Source of the DNA: Lingula anatina
Lineage: Eukaryota > Animalia > Brachiopoda
Length of the DNA: 64,000 nucleotides
Direction of reading: 5' to 3'
Assembly (NCBI GenBank): GCA_051362555.1
Contig: CM120642.1
Span: 10,478,001-10,542,000, forward strand
The position numbers and the translations under genes are program-made. The notes under the pieces are model-generated. The model had not been told where the DNA came from. It saw only the letters and a list, made by a program, of their open reading frames with translations, and made no database searches. Positions 62,201-64,000 of this stretch are shown here, piece by piece. How positions within the stretch are numbered: position 1 is the first letter of the stretch; each line of letters opens with the position of its first letter.

Positions 62201-63972
62201 GTAGTGCCCAGTATTTTGTCAGATATAATCGTTTATGATCATTATTTTTATGGGCATTTGTTTTACATTTTTTAGGGGATGAATCATCTCAGAAAATCCT
62301 TGATTTTGTCACCCGCCATCTTCCACTGGCTTCACTAATTGAGGAAGTTGGTACAGAGATGACATTTGGACTTCACCTAAACCAGGGACAGTCAGGAACA
62401 CTGGAGAAGTTCTTCCTTGTGTTGGAGGAAAATCCAGAGTTCAAAAACATTGTGAATGGTTATGGAATCTCAGAAACAACCATGGAAGAGGTCAGTATGA
62501 AAAAAGCACTTCAAGCCAGCTATCTTAAGATACGTAGATATCTTATTTGTGAATTGAATCAGTTAAATTTTGAATGATAAAAAAATTAAAATTTGAAGAT
62601 TTCAGAAAAAAAATTTGTTTTGACCCTTTTAAATGAGAGAATTGTTAGGCTTGTTAAAAAACATGTAAACGTCAGCACATGCAATTTCCCTGGAATGAAT
62701 TCATTTGAAGCAAAATGACTTATTATTTTACCAATTCATTGTGTCAAGCATATTTGCAACTTGTATATATTCAAGATATCTAGATCCACAATTATATATT
62801 GTTCTGTGGCAGGTATTTTTGCAAGTTTGCTCAAATGCAGAATCTGGAAGACTACTGAATACTGAGCTGGATGCCTCTGTGGATAAAGAGGAAACCCCTA
62901 CAGAACAGAACAGTGAGTTTTCTCTGCCAAAATCTGATACTGAAATTATCTTTTGAAACATAACTGTTTTGATAATTTCATATGAAACAAAAGCAAGAGA
63001 AATGTGATCTTGATTCACTGGATTTTAGTAGGTATTATTGTTTAAAATTTGTGTTTTAATTTCAATGAAGCTGATTATGAAATGTATTTCATTACTATGC
63101 ACTTAGTTACTACAGACCTCCTTGGATTGGGAAATTTGTTTATTACATTTTACCATATAATTATTATTATTGAATAACCTTATTTATTGTTCAATGGAAT
63201 TCATAGGAATAACCAGAACATGGAGCATGGAGGCAACTGAGAAAACACCCAGAGCAACAGGAGTCAGGCTTAGGCTACAGCAATTTGGAGCTCTGATTGT
63301 GAAAAGATTCCACCATTACAGGCGAGACTGGAAGACATTTGTCCTTGGGTTGATCTTACCCATGGCATTTCTGATTCTGGCACTTGGTCTGTCTTTGATC
63401 AAACCTCAGATGGCTGACATGCCTTCCATCCCCTTGATGCCCTCTTTGTATGATCCTGACCATGTGTTTTACAAGTAAGATGTGGGACAAGCTGTTCAAT
63501 ACTGGCAGTTACAGACAAAAATACTGTGTATTATGAGAATAATAATTTTTTCTGATAATACATTAATTGCTTGGCCAATGTTTCTGTACTACAGTTATAG
63601 CTTGTGTTTACCTTATTATGCCACTACATATGAAACTAGCAGGAAAATTCAAGGACATGTTTATCTAATGCTTTATGATGGTATGTAGACAATAGACAAT
63701 CACTGTAGCAGTATCTCTGGCATGTCCTACATAATAAAGTAACAAGCAAAATCAGTGAGACTAATTTATGTAACAATAATTTTAAAGTATGGATTAAAGT
63801 TTAAAAAGAGTGAGATGTTGATACAAGAATTGCAAAGTACTTACTTTCTCATAACATGTTAATTTTCAAATTTCAGAATTGAGAATCCAACTCCATTCAA
63901 TCAACGCTTAGCCTCCTTTCTGACTCAGGACATTGGCCTAGGCACCAGATGTATGCCAGATTTTGATGAAAA
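28153..63972 (+). CDS. ABCA: Giant ABCA-subfamily lipid transporter (ABCA1/2/12/13-like), about 60 exons in the window, continuing past the right edge
   Basis: N-terminus [67 protein letters not shown] resembles ABCA1 QLRLLLWKN..VAWPLFIF..MPSAG..QGIICN. Later motifs: [62 protein letters not shown]1 helices, Walker [57 protein letters not shown], and TM7 [15 protein letters not shown]. Confidence 0.95.
31098..31360. mobile_element. 263-bp near-perfect palindromic (foldback) MITE in an ABCA intron
   Basis: GGCTTCGTTCACATGCAATGTCTATTTTC...GAAAATAGACATTGCATGTGAACGAAGCC; the arms pair almost to the centre; flanks TTA / TAA. Confidence 0.85.
37444..37542 (+). repeat. Coding 33-bp x3 tandem repeat ([32 protein letters not shown])
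   Basis: Seen directly in the exon at 37374-37715; dense in N-glycosylation sequons. Confidence 0.8.
41988..43182 (-). CDS. BH3-only pro-apoptotic-like protein (BAD-like, with a BIM/BMF-type LC8 motif), about 207 aa, exons 43182-42814 and 42242-41988, nested in ABCA intron 41451-46160
   Basis: Exon 1: [51 protein letters not shown]|GTGAGA (phase 0). Exon 2 after TTTCAG: [49 protein letters not shown] fits the BH3 consensus (hydrophobic-small-xx-L-xx-hydrophobic-small-D-x-hydrophobic-N). Confidence 0.8.
43787..43794 (-). promoter_or_regulatory. Candidate TATA box (TATATAAA) of the nested BH3-only gene
   Basis: Minus-strand TATATAAA about 600 bp upstream of the ATG; GTCACGTG E-boxes lie further upstream at 44023 and 44326. 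Confidence 0.3.
46567..46594. repeat. (GT)n microsatellite
   Basis: Direct observation. Confidence 0.9.
57494..59166 (+). other. ABCA TMD1 helices 2-6 (exons near 57494, 58047, 58495, 58962)
   Basis: [26 protein letters not shown]; [13 protein letters not shown]; [17 protein letters not shown]; [36 protein letters not shown]. Confidence 0.9.
59220..59279. repeat. (ATTT)n tetranucleotide microsatellite
   Basis: Direct observation, about 15 units. Confidence 0.9.
60088..62137 (+). other. ABCA nucleotide-binding domain 1
   Basis: Walker [10 protein letters not shown] at 60240-60266; Q-loop GYCPQ near 60720; signature LS|GGMRRRL split across the exons ending near 61275 and starting at 61620; Walker B IVLDEP; H-loop CTHHLDEAD. 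Confidence 0.93.
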
Positions 63973-64000
63973 GTGAGTAGTAAGCAGAACTGTGACTTCC

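Noticed and set aside
1-64000. CRISPR arrays, rRNA or tRNA genes, prokaryotic operons
   Set aside because: None seen; the window is spliceosomal-intron-rich eukaryotic DNA.

Overview
AT-rich, intron-dense animal genomic DNA; the exon/intron style and mosaic CpG pattern suggest an invertebrate, possibly a lophotrochozoan (inference only). From left to right: (1) the last four exons of a TKL-group kinase-fold gene (+) whose HRD and DFG motifs are degenerate, i.e. a likely pseudokinase; (2) a complete 15-coding-exon monoamine-oxidase-like gene (-, about 521 aa) with a remodelled SGGCY FAD-attachment loop, whose intron 7 holds a decayed 4.5-kb Ty3/Gypsy (Mag-like, tRNA-Leu-primed) LTR retrotransposon and whose intron 6 holds a nested MITE cluster; (3) a two-exon orphan type-I membrane protein gene (-, about 713 aa) with a tiny ectodomain and a tail of about 600 aa that looks disordered; (4) a very large ABCA transporter gene (+, from 28153 past the window end) whose first extracellular domain is expanded to roughly 2,500 aa by tandem duplication of multi-exon modules and contains an RKKR site; (5) nested antisense in the largest intron of the ABCA coding region, a two-exon gene for a BH3-only-like protein (about 207 aa) that combines BAD-type Akt/14-3-3/PKA motifs with a BIM/BMF-type LC8 motif. 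Exon boundaries were assembled by eye from GT-AG sites and phase compatibility; no database searches were run.
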